In this document: piece by piece, positions 28,761 through 36,294 of the stretch | How positions within the stretch are numbered: position 1 is the stretch's first letter | How the letters are laid out: every line of letters starts with the position of its first letter | Virus record (IMG/VR): IMGVR_UViG_3300028588_000028 | Span: 1 to 58,978 of that record | DNA from: a virus | Lineage: Duplodnaviria; Caudoviricetes | DNA length: 58,978 bases | Strand: one strand, 5' to 3' | The notes under the pieces: model-generated | Told to the model about the DNA's origin: nothing | Databases searched by the model: none | Seen by the model: the letters and a program-made list of their open reading frames with translations, nothing else | Program-made: the position numbers and the translations under genes

Positions 28761-29237
28761 ATGATGGAATCCTTCGGACCTCTGCAGCTGGCCATCGCCA
28801 TCACCGTTGCCGTCCTGGGTGGCGGTGGTCTGGGAGGCATCGTCGTCGCAGTCGTCAACAAGAAGCTGCGCACCCCGGCGGACGACCAGGCTCGCATCGA
28901 GTTCGGCTTCAAGGTTCTCGAGGGTCGTCTCAACGAAGCCACCAGCGACCGCGCAGCCATGCAAGAGACCACGAACTGGATGCGCGCCGAACTCGACAAG
29001 CGCGACCGGGACAAGGCAGCGGACTTCGAAGAGAAGAACAAGCTCTACGACACCATCCGGCAACTCGAAGAGCGCATCGACGAGAAGAACCGCATCATCA
29101 CAGAGCAAACGGATCGGATGAACCGCCTCGCCACCAAGCTCGCCCGCGGAGAGAAGATCACGATAGAGGACATCTTCGGAACCGAGATCGCAGACATCGA
29201 GGACACCATCCGACGCTCGGACCTCGACCTGGTGTAG
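28761..29237 (+). CDS. membrane-anchored coiled-coil protein (lysis-associated candidate)
   Basis: N-terminal TM helix (LGGGGLGG) followed by coiled coil. Confidence 0.75.
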   Translation: MMESFGPLQLAIAITVAVLGGGGLGGIVVAVVNKKLRTPADDQARIEFGFKVLEGRLNEATSDRAAMQETTNWMRAELDKRDRDKAADFEEKNKLYDTIRQLEERIDEKNRIITEQTDRMNRLATKLARGEKITIEDIFGTEIADIEDTIRRSDLDLV

Positions 29238-29243
29238 CAACTT

Positions 29244-29290
29244 GCAAAACGCCCCGCTGAAGAAACCTTCGGCGGGGCGTTTGCTTTTCT
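29244..29290 (+). terminator. intrinsic terminator ending the late operon
   Basis: AAACGCCCCGCTGAAG / CTTCGGCGGGGCGTTT followed by GCTTTT; overlaps the -35 of the next promoter. Confidence 0.8.
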
Positions 29291-29309
29291 CGGATACATG
29301 GCGCATACT
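29281..29309 (+). promoter_or_regulatory. SigA-type (early) promoter
   Basis: TTGCTT-N17-CATACT. Confidence 0.75.
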
Positions 29310-29353
29310 GTTCTTACAGGGAGTCGGAAGGACCGAATCCTGGAGAGGCAACC

Positions 29354-29533
29354 ATGGCTGACACGTACATCTACCACGCTTACGACTCCAGTCGCTACAA
29401 CATCTACGGATCGGGCGGTCGCTACCACCTCGGCTCCTGCGGATGGCAGCTCAGCGACGCAGACGCTTTCGAAGAAGCCAAGCTCCGCTACCCCGGGGTC
29501 GAGATCAAGCACCTCTCGGTCAACCGCATCTGA
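29354..29533 (+). CDS. 59-aa hypothetical protein
   Basis: GGAGAGG RBS; MADTYIYHAYDSS...; below the ORF-track cutoff. Confidence 0.65.
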   Translation: MADTYIYHAYDSSRYNIYGSGGRYHLGSCGWQLSDADAFEEAKLRYPGVEIKHLSVNRI

Positions 29534-29694
29534 TGGCTACGCGCGGCGCGTACATCGGCCGGGGCTTCGTGAGAGGTCTCGGCTCGGTGTACATCTACCA
29601 GGACCTCGACGACACCAAGCAGCTGTTCGTCCGCGCAATGAAGCGCGACGAGAGCCGCTACGTGCCGCGCAGCCAGGTAGGCTTCCGCAAGTGA
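29533..29694 (+). CDS. small hypothetical protein
   Basis: TGATG and GTGA coupling on both sides. Confidence 0.6.
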   Translation: MATRGAYIGRGFVRGLGSVYIYQDLDDTKQLFVRAMKRDESRYVPRSQVGFRK

Positions 29695-31601
29695 CCGTTC
29701 GCATCGATATCCGCAAAGACCGAGTGACGCTCGAAAGCCCCTGGTATCCTGGAGTCGAAGTAGACGCCAAGATGATCTCTGGCTACAGCTTCGCCCACAC
29801 CCGCAAGCAGTGGACCTATCCGCTCAACATGCAGACTCTGCGACGCCTCCGCGAGGTCTTCGGCAAGAAGCTTGTCATCAGCCCCGAGCTTCGTGCGTGG
29901 GCGACCAAGGAAACTCGCCGCGAGAAGCGCCTCAAGGGTCTGTCCATGGTCCACGACAGCGCCCTGTTCCACGTGCCCGACGTAGCTCCGAAGCTGGCTG
30001 AGGCCATGGCGACGAGGACATACCAGCGCTCCGGAGCGCGCTTCGCAGCGACGGCTGGTAGCTTCCTGCTCGCGGACGAGCCGGGTCTAGGCAAGACCGC
30101 TCAGGCTCTCGCCGCTGCCATCGAGGCTCAGCTCTGGCGTGGCGACATCCTCATCGTGGCTCCGAAGACCTCTCTGTCGTCTGTGTGGGAGCGCCAGATC
30201 AAGATGTGGACCGGCAACCCGAACGTCATCGCCATGCCCGAGGGTCGTCCGGCCCGCGAGAAAGCCTGGGAGCTGTTCCTCGACATGGAGGACGAACCCC
30301 GCATCCTCGTCATCAACCCGGCCATGCTCCGCAGGCGCTACGACCGTCTGTGCAAGCACTGCGAGCTGTGGGAGCGCGATGTCAAAGCGAAGCGCGCCGA
30401 GTGGCCTCTGGAACACCACCTCAAGGAGCACAAGCTCAAGCGCGCCATCGAGCACGACGAGTGGCCGGAGATCGTGGACCACTCCTGGACGCTGGTCATC
30501 TGCGATGAGTCGCACATGCAGCTCGCCAACAATACACCCTCTGGAATCAAGACCAACATGCAGCTCCAGGGGCTCATCGACGCAGGCAACAATGCCGAGC
30601 AGCGCTACGCCCTCACCGGCACCCCGCTGCGCGGACAAGAGCTACGCATCTGGGGCACGCTGGACTGGCTGTCTGGCCAGAAGCTCGGAGGCTACTGGAA
30701 CTTCGTGGACGAGTACTTCGAAGTGGCCAACAACGGCTTCGGCAAGGAGATCCGAGGAGTCGACCCCTCGGCTCGTCCGGAGCTGGAGAAGATGATCGAC
30801 CGGTGGATGATCCGGCGCACCCGCGTAGAGGCCCGTCCAGACCTGCCCATCGGTCAGCGCAACTACGTCCTCCTGGAGATGAGCCCGAAGCAGCGCAAGC
30901 AGTACGAGGAGTTCGAGCGCGCCGGAGAGGTCGCCATGGAGTCCGGCGCTGTATCCGGCCAGGGTGTGCTGAGCGAGATGACCCGGCTCAAGCAGATGGC
31001 TTACGGGGTCTGGAACACCCGAGCCCACGGTCAACTGGAAGCGACCGACGAGTCTCCCAAGCTAGAAGCGCTGCTACAGTTCCTGGCAGAGCGCGGCATC
31101 ACCGGAACCAAGGTGGGCGACTGGCTCCCCGAGAAGGGCGTCGGCTACAAGTACGTAGTGGCGTCTCAGCTCACCGAGGTCCTCGACGCAGTAGAGCGCG
31201 GCCTCACCAAGAAGAAGATCAAGACGCTGCGCATCGACGGTGGTGTCTCGCAGAAGCGCCGCAACGAGGCTATGCGCCTGTTCCAAAGCGAAGACCAGGA
31301 GTTCCGCGTCGTCCTCATCCAGACACAGACAGGTGGCGTGGCCATCGAGCTAGACGCCTGGTGTGACGAGATGGTCATCCTCGACGAGACCTTCGTGGCA
31401 GACGACCAGGTGCAGCTAGAGGGGCGCATCAACAACCGCTCCGGGCGCATCGCCCCGCGCATGTGGCACTACTTCGTCATGGGCGACACCATCGAGCAGA
31501 AGGTCAGCTCTCAGAACGTAGACCAGCACCGCTTGCAGCACGAGCTGCTGGACAAACGTCGGGGCGTCAAGAAGGCGCTCCACCTCTTGAAGGGAAACTA
31601 A
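29691..31601 (+). CDS. SNF2-family helicase
   Basis: LADEPGLGKT, ICDESH, LTGTP, RRTR, IDGG and QLEGRINNR motifs; the real start is probably GTG 29691. Confidence 0.9.
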   Translation: MTVRIDIRKDRVTLESPWYPGVEVDAKMISGYSFAHTRKQWTYPLNMQTLRRLREVFGKKLVISPELRAWATKETRREKRLKGLSMVHDSALFHVPDVAPKLAEAMATRTYQRSGARFAATAGSFLLADEPGLGKTAQALAAAIEAQLWRGDILIVAPKTSLSSVWERQIKMWTGNPNVIAMPEGRPAREKAWELFLDMEDEPRILVINPAMLRRRYDRLCKHCELWERDVKAKRAEWPLEHHLKEHKLKRAIEHDEWPEIVDHSWTLVICDESHMQLANNTPSGIKTNMQLQGLIDAGNNAEQRYALTGTPLRGQELRIWGTLDWLSGQKLGGYWNFVDEYFEVANNGFGKEIRGVDPSARPELEKMIDRWMIRRTRVEARPDLPIGQRNYVLLEMSPKQRKQYEEFERAGEVAMESGAVSGQGVLSEMTRLKQMAYGVWNTRAHGQLEATDESPKLEALLQFLAERGITGTKVGDWLPEKGVGYKYVVASQLTEVLDAVERGLTKKKIKTLRIDGGVSQKRRNEAMRLFQSEDQEFRVVLIQTQTGGVAIELDAWCDEMVILDETFVADDQVQLEGRINNRSGRIAPRMWHYFVMGDTIEQKVSSQNVDQHRLQHELLDKRRGVKKALHLLKGN

Positions 31602-31602
31602 C

Positions 31603-31839
31603 ATGTACTGGATCTACCCCGTTGCAGGGTTCGTGATCTGTTTCGCGATGTTCTGGCTGGGCGTCTACATGGGTCGCAGGCAAGAGCGCCGTCGCCTCTT
31701 GAAGCACCCGGTGTTCCGCCGTGCACCGCAGCCGCAGGAGCACCTGGAGTTCGCCCCGGTTGTCACACAGGAGGCTGAGGACGACGACCACGCTTCCGTG
31801 CAGCGGGTGAAGATGCAGCGTCGTCGCGACAGCTTCTGA
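31603..31839 (+). CDS. small membrane protein
   Basis: N-terminal TM helix followed by a basic cluster. Confidence 0.65.
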   Translation: MYWIYPVAGFVICFAMFWLGVYMGRRQERRRLLKHPVFRRAPQPQEHLEFAPVVTQEAEDDDHASVQRVKMQRRRDSF

Positions 31840-31899
31840 AAGAAAGTTCGAAGAAAGTTTCAAGAAAGTTTGCTTTTCTCTGGAAGCATGGAGCATACT
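31840..31899 (+). promoter_or_regulatory. early promoter preceded by three AAGAAAGTT repeats with 11-bp period
   Basis: Repeats at 31840, 31851 and 31862; TTGCTT-N18-CATACT. Confidence 0.7.
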
Positions 31900-31951
31900 T
31901 ATCTCGTAAGCAAGTTCGCTTCCAACCCACCTACCAAGGAGATTGAACATC

Positions 31952-32506
31952 ATGGCCGTCACGAAGCCCACCCCGCGCAAGACCACCAACGCCAAGCAGG
32001 ACACCGCGGGTCGTCGCGTCAAGACCAAGGGCGAGGCTCCCCGCGCCGACCTCGCCGACAAGACCATCACGCCCACGATGGAGCGCTTCGCCGTCTACAT
32101 CGAAGAGCAGACCGGCGTCAAGGTCGACCCGCAGAGCGTCCAGCTCGGCTCCGCCCTCCGCGGTGCCTTCCAGAAGTCGGACGAGAACCAGCAGGCCATC
32201 GCCGACCGCAAGGTCGAGATGGAGCGCGAGGCCGAGGAGCGAGCCCAGCGCAAGGCCGACCGCATCGCCAAGCGCGAAGAGCGCGAGGCCGCCCGCGCCG
32301 CCCGTGCCGAAGAGCGTGCCAACTCCCCCAAGGCCGAGGCCAAGCCCAAGGCGAAGCCCGTCGCCAAGACCGCTGCTGCGAAGCCCGCCCCGGCTGCCAA
32401 GGCGACCCCCGCGAAGAAGCCCGTCGCGAAGACCGTCGCCGCCAAGCCCGCCGCCAAGACCCGTCGCCCCGCCAAGCCCGCCGTCGCCGACGACACCGAG
32501 TTCTGA
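31952..32506 (+). CDS. DNA-binding protein with histone H1/HupB-like Ala-Lys-Pro tail
   Basis: AAGGAG RBS; AKPKAKPVAKTAAAKPAPAAKATPAKK repeats. Confidence 0.8.
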   Translation: MAVTKPTPRKTTNAKQDTAGRRVKTKGEAPRADLADKTITPTMERFAVYIEEQTGVKVDPQSVQLGSALRGAFQKSDENQQAIADRKVEMEREAEERAQRKADRIAKREEREAARAARAEERANSPKAEAKPKAKPVAKTAAAKPAPAAKATPAKKPVAKTVAAKPAAKTRRPAKPAVADDTEF

Positions 32507-32513
32507 GACGTCG

Positions 32514-32541
32514 GGGGACACCTGCAACTCAAGGTGTCCCC
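32514..32541 (+). terminator. hairpin after the histone-like gene
   Basis: GGGGACACCT / AGGTGTCCCC. Confidence 0.55.
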
Positions 32542-32562
32542 TCAACAGCCCTAGGAGGCAAG

Positions 32563-33711
32563 ATGTCAACGAAATTCGAGATGCGCACGTCGGAGCGCAA
32601 AGACCTGCGCTCATGCGTGCAGAAGTGGTACTGGTCTCAGGTGGAAGGGCTCACTCCCAACCGCCCGGCCAACCCGCTTTGGTTCGGCACGGCGGTGCAC
32701 GAGGGTCTGGCGCAGTGGTACCAGCCCGGTCTCCTGCGCGGACCGCACCCCGCTGAGACCTTCAGCGAGTTCCTCGAAGGCGAGAGGTCGATGATCTCTT
32801 CCAGCGAGGATGGCGAGCAGGCTTACGTAGACGCTCGCGCTCTCGGCATCGACATGCTCAACCGCTACGTCGATGAGTACGGTCGTGATGAGCACATGGA
32901 GTTCATCGGGACCGAGATGCCGTTCCGCATGCGGGTGCCCCGTCCAGAGATGACCGTGTTCGGCAAAAAGATCCCCTCGATGCGAGACTGGTTCACCTAC
33001 GTCGGCATCATCGACGGCATCTACAGGGATCTGAACACCGGCGAGATCTGGATCATCGAGCACAAGACGGCGGCGTCCATCCGGGTCGACCACCTTCCGC
33101 TCGACGACCAGGCGGGCACCTATCCCTCGATGGCTACGGCGATGCTGCGGAAGCGCGGCATCCTGAAGCCCGGAGAGGAGATAGCAGGGATCCACTACAA
33201 CTTCCTGCGCAAGGCGATGGGCGACACTCGTCCTGTCAACGCCGATGGTCTCCGCACCAACAAGCCCACCAAGCAGCACTACCTCGACGCCCTGGAGTCG
33301 TTCTACGAACTCACGGGCAAAGAGACGGTGGCAACCCTCGAAGAGCTGGTCGAAGAGATCAACGCCGACCAGGGCGACCCGTCGTCCGAGGACGGCAAGT
33401 TCCATGTGTTCGGAGATGTCTCGGCAAGCCAGCCGCCCGCGTACTTCGAGCGCTTCCCGGTGTACCGCAGCCGGGGTGAGAACAAGCGCATGATCGAGCG
33501 CATCAAGCAAGAGGCCATGTTCAACGAGGCCTACCGCTCCGGCGATCTCCCGATCATCAAGTCACCCGACCGAGACAAGTGCAGCTTCTGCCAGTTCAAG
33601 GTCATGTGTCAGATGGACGAGACCGGCGACCAGCTCGCCGTGGAGGATCTCAAGGAGTCCCAGTACCACGTACGCGACCCGTACGAGGAACACATGAAGA
33701 AGAGTGCATAG
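32563..33711 (+). CDS. Cas4-like PD-(D/E)XK exonuclease
   Basis: FGTAVHEGL, GIIDG...IIEHKT; N-terminal Cys plus C-terminal CSFCQFKVMC (Fe-S pattern). Confidence 0.85.
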   Translation: MSTKFEMRTSERKDLRSCVQKWYWSQVEGLTPNRPANPLWFGTAVHEGLAQWYQPGLLRGPHPAETFSEFLEGERSMISSSEDGEQAYVDARALGIDMLNRYVDEYGRDEHMEFIGTEMPFRMRVPRPEMTVFGKKIPSMRDWFTYVGIIDGIYRDLNTGEIWIIEHKTAASIRVDHLPLDDQAGTYPSMATAMLRKRGILKPGEEIAGIHYNFLRKAMGDTRPVNADGLRTNKPTKQHYLDALESFYELTGKETVATLEELVEEINADQGDPSSEDGKFHVFGDVSASQPPAYFERFPVYRSRGENKRMIERIKQEAMFNEAYRSGDLPIIKSPDRDKCSFCQFKVMCQMDETGDQLAVEDLKESQYHVRDPYEEHMKKSA

Positions 33712-33893
33712 TGAAATCCGTGAAGGAGGCAGGCCCGGTCGAACTCGAATCCCTCCGGAGGCGGACTTACCGCTCTCTGGCCATGGGCAAGATCACGTCC
33801 GCAGGCTGTGACCAGATCATCAGCGACATCAACGCTCTGGATCGTACGATCCAGGAAACACCCGAGATCAAGATCAAGGAAGGAGGCTCATGA
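33711..33893 (+). CDS. small hypothetical protein
   Basis: GTG coupled to the previous stop; ATGA coupling downstream. Confidence 0.55.
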   Translation: MKSVKEAGPVELESLRRRTYRSLAMGKITSAGCDQIISDINALDRTIQETPEIKIKEGGS

Positions 33894-34747
33894 CCATCCC
33901 GAATAAGGTTGGAGACATCGGCGAGTACGATGCTTACATCCATGCGATGATCGTCGCAGCGCCCGGGTTCGGCAAGACCGTGTTCGCCGGTACTGCGGAG
34001 AACGCGCTGTTCCTGACGACGGACCCCGAGGGCACGATCAGCGCCAAGGCGTTCGGCTCGACCGCCAAGGAGTGGCGCATCGAGACCTGGGACGAGCTGG
34101 ACGAGGCGCTCCGCTACCTGCGCGACGGGGGCATCAAGGAGATGAGGCTCAAGTGGGTCATCATCGACAACATCTCCGAGGCGCAGAACCTGGCCATGCT
34201 GGACTCGATGACGAAGGCGCGTGCCCGCAACAAGGCGCGCGACGAGTTCGTCCCCGGCATGGACGACCACCAGCGCTCGCAGCTGATGATCAAGGCGAAG
34301 GTCAAGCAGTTCCACGACCTTCCCGTGAACATCCTGTGGACGTCCTGGCGCAAGTCCGAGGAGGACGGCGAGGGTGAAACGTTCTTCACCTGCGGCATCC
34401 ACGGTCAGCAGGGGCTGCTCGCCCAGACCATCCAGGGCTACATGAACGTCGTAGGATTCGGCGAGGTCGAGGAGAACGATGAGGGCAAGGAAGTCCGCCG
34501 CATCTACTTCGCGCAGTCGAAGCCTTACATGGGCAAGGACCGCTACGTGGCCCTCGGGAAGGTCCGAACGGATCTGACCATGCCCAAGATGGAATCTCTC
34601 ATCAACGGAGCCAAGAGGAAGTACGACGCCATCGCTGCGTCCAAGCCCTCGACCGCTGCGTCGACGAGGACCGGTGCCAAGCGCACCAGTACCACCCCGC
34701 GAACCGGCGGACGCCGAGTCGCTACCACCAAGAAGAAAGTTGCATAG
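33890..34747 (+). CDS. Sak4/AAA_24-like ATPase (recombinase)
   Basis: Walker A APGFGKT, VIIDNISE and GKDR motifs; lies between exonuclease and SSB. Confidence 0.85.
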   Translation: MTIPNKVGDIGEYDAYIHAMIVAAPGFGKTVFAGTAENALFLTTDPEGTISAKAFGSTAKEWRIETWDELDEALRYLRDGGIKEMRLKWVIIDNISEAQNLAMLDSMTKARARNKARDEFVPGMDDHQRSQLMIKAKVKQFHDLPVNILWTSWRKSEEDGEGETFFTCGIHGQQGLLAQTIQGYMNVVGFGEVEENDEGKEVRRIYFAQSKPYMGKDRYVALGKVRTDLTMPKMESLINGAKRKYDAIAASKPSTAASTRTGAKRTSTTPRTGGRRVATTKKKVA

Positions 34748-34750
34748 AAC

Positions 34751-35746
34751 ATGCCTTCAGTCAAGCGCGCCGGAGTCAAGTCCGCAGAGGTCAAGACCGG
34801 CTACGAGTCCTACGACGGACCCCAGCCCCGCAAGGGCATGTACCGTGGTCGCGTGACCGCGATCAAGTACCGCCAGTTCAAGTCCGGGTCGACCGGTCTG
34901 GAGCTGCGCGTCATCCTGGAAGCCCAGAGCGGCGACCCCAAGGACCAGGCCAAGTTCGACGGCTACATGACGTTCCCGCGCATCGTCTTCGGCGACAAGG
35001 AGCAGATGATCACCCGCGAGAACAACCTCTACGCCGCCCTCGGCGTGAAGGACGAGCCGACCATCGTCTACGACGACAAGGACGACGTCGAGGCCGGAGC
35101 CACCGTCACGAAGCTCGGCGGCAAGAACGTCGTCGGCGTCTACGTCAACGTCGACCTGCGCCAGCGCCGCGACAGCGAAGACGGCGACATGGAGGTCGAC
35201 GGCGTCTACAAGTTCAAGGACCGTCCGGGTTCCGCCGTCAAGGCCGAGGTCGCCTCCGAGGACGACGAGGACGACCTGACCGAGGACGACGAGACCGAGG
35301 AGGAGGCCGAGACCGAGGACGACGTCGACGCCGAGGTCGCCGAGCGCGAGGTCGAGCTGAACGCCCTGACCATCGTCAAGCTCCGCGCCGTCGCCAAGGA
35401 ACTCGAACTCGACGTCAAGGGTCTCAAGAAGGACGAGATCGTGTCGGCCGTCCTCGACGCCGAGTTCCCGCTGGACGACGAGGAGTCCGACGAGGACGAG
35501 GAAGAGGAGGAGTCCGAGGAAGAGGAAGAGGACGACTCCGAGGAGGAAGAGGACGAAGAGGAGGAAGAGGAGGACGAGGACGGCAAGGCCGAGCGCCAGG
35601 CCGAACTCGAAGCCCTCGACCGCGTCGGCATCAAAAAGATCCTCAAGGAGCTGCAGCCCGACTTCAAGGTGCTGAAGAGCACCACGGAAGCCGCCCTCAT
35701 CGAGGCCATCCTCGACAGCGAGTTCGGCGACGAGACGCCGTTCTGA
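34751..35746 (+). CDS. putative ssDNA-binding protein with acidic tail and two HeH-like repeats
   Basis: YDGPQPRKGMYRG N-terminus, poly-E/D region and C-terminal ETPF. Confidence 0.7.
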   Translation: MPSVKRAGVKSAEVKTGYESYDGPQPRKGMYRGRVTAIKYRQFKSGSTGLELRVILEAQSGDPKDQAKFDGYMTFPRIVFGDKEQMITRENNLYAALGVKDEPTIVYDDKDDVEAGATVTKLGGKNVVGVYVNVDLRQRRDSEDGDMEVDGVYKFKDRPGSAVKAEVASEDDEDDLTEDDETEEEAETEDDVDAEVAEREVELNALTIVKLRAVAKELELDVKGLKKDEIVSAVLDAEFPLDDEESDEDEEEEESEEEEEDDSEEEEDEEEEEEDEDGKAERQAELEALDRVGIKKILKELQPDFKVLKSTTEAALIEAILDSEFGDETPF

Positions 35747-35828
35747 GCAGCTGACGGCTCTCAGACGCGCTGGCTGAGCCGAGGAGAAGCATCCCGGCTG
35801 TGAGCAGGATGGCGCGTCAGCCACCCCG

Positions 35829-35870
35829 GAGGGCCGGTTGGGTAGTTGATACCTGACCGGCCCTCTCTCG
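35829..35870 (+). terminator. intrinsic terminator-like hairpin
   Basis: GAGGGCCGGTTGGGTA / TACCTGACCGGCCCTC followed by pyrimidines. Confidence 0.65.
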
Positions 35871-35911
35871 TCCCCTGGGCCATCCTCCGGCGCTATGCCC
35901 GGCGCGGGTCG

Positions 35912-35947
35912 CGAGCTAAACGCGCTAAACGAGCTAAACGAGCTAAA
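35912..35947. repeat. four tandem 9-bp repeats CG(A/C)GCTAAA
   Basis: Copies at 35912, 35921, 35930 and 35939. Confidence 0.9.
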
Positions 35948-35984
35948 GCGCCGAGCCGACGCGCTCCGGCAAGGAGCCTCCCTC

Positions 35985-36275
35985 CCGGATTACCCACAAT
36001 TCTTCAATCGTCACCACAGTTCACCACAATCGACCCTCAATCGCCCTGCGAATGTGGGGAAAGCGGGGTGATTGTGGCAGAGCCTCCTGAGCGATTGTGG
36101 GGTGATTGTGGGATTATTGTGGGGATTGTGGGGAGCGCGGAAGTTTGCCGGCACGTAGGATAGGTCCTCGGCTCGGCGTTCGTTCAGCGCCCTCCTCAGG
36201 TAGTAGTCAGTAACTAGATCAAGATGGAAAAGATCTCTCTCTCATCTCTCCTATAGGGTGTTCTAAACGGAACCG
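35985..36275. other. iteron-rich non-coding element, copy A (origin-like)
   Basis: CCACAAT array facing an ATTGTGG array, then blocks shared with 57400-57845; directly upstream of the primase-helicase gene. Confidence 0.65.
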
Positions 36276-36294
36276 CACCCTGTGAAAGTGCAAA

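Noticed and set aside
29298-29690. N-terminal extension of the SNF2 helicase given by the ORF track
   Set aside because: The region holds a promoter and two small coupled genes in other frames; the helicase more plausibly starts at GTG 29691.
35985-36135. CRISPR array or mini-array near the Cas4-like gene
   Set aside because: Repeat units are 7-9 bp with irregular short spacing, not 25-40 bp repeats with unique spacers. Solo Cas4-like nucleases are common phage recombination enzymes.
35846-36163. 105-aa ORF (RAKRAKRAK) and ORFs 57299-57865 and 57489-57785
   Set aside because: They are translations of the repeat-rich non-coding elements, with atypical codon usage and no RBS.
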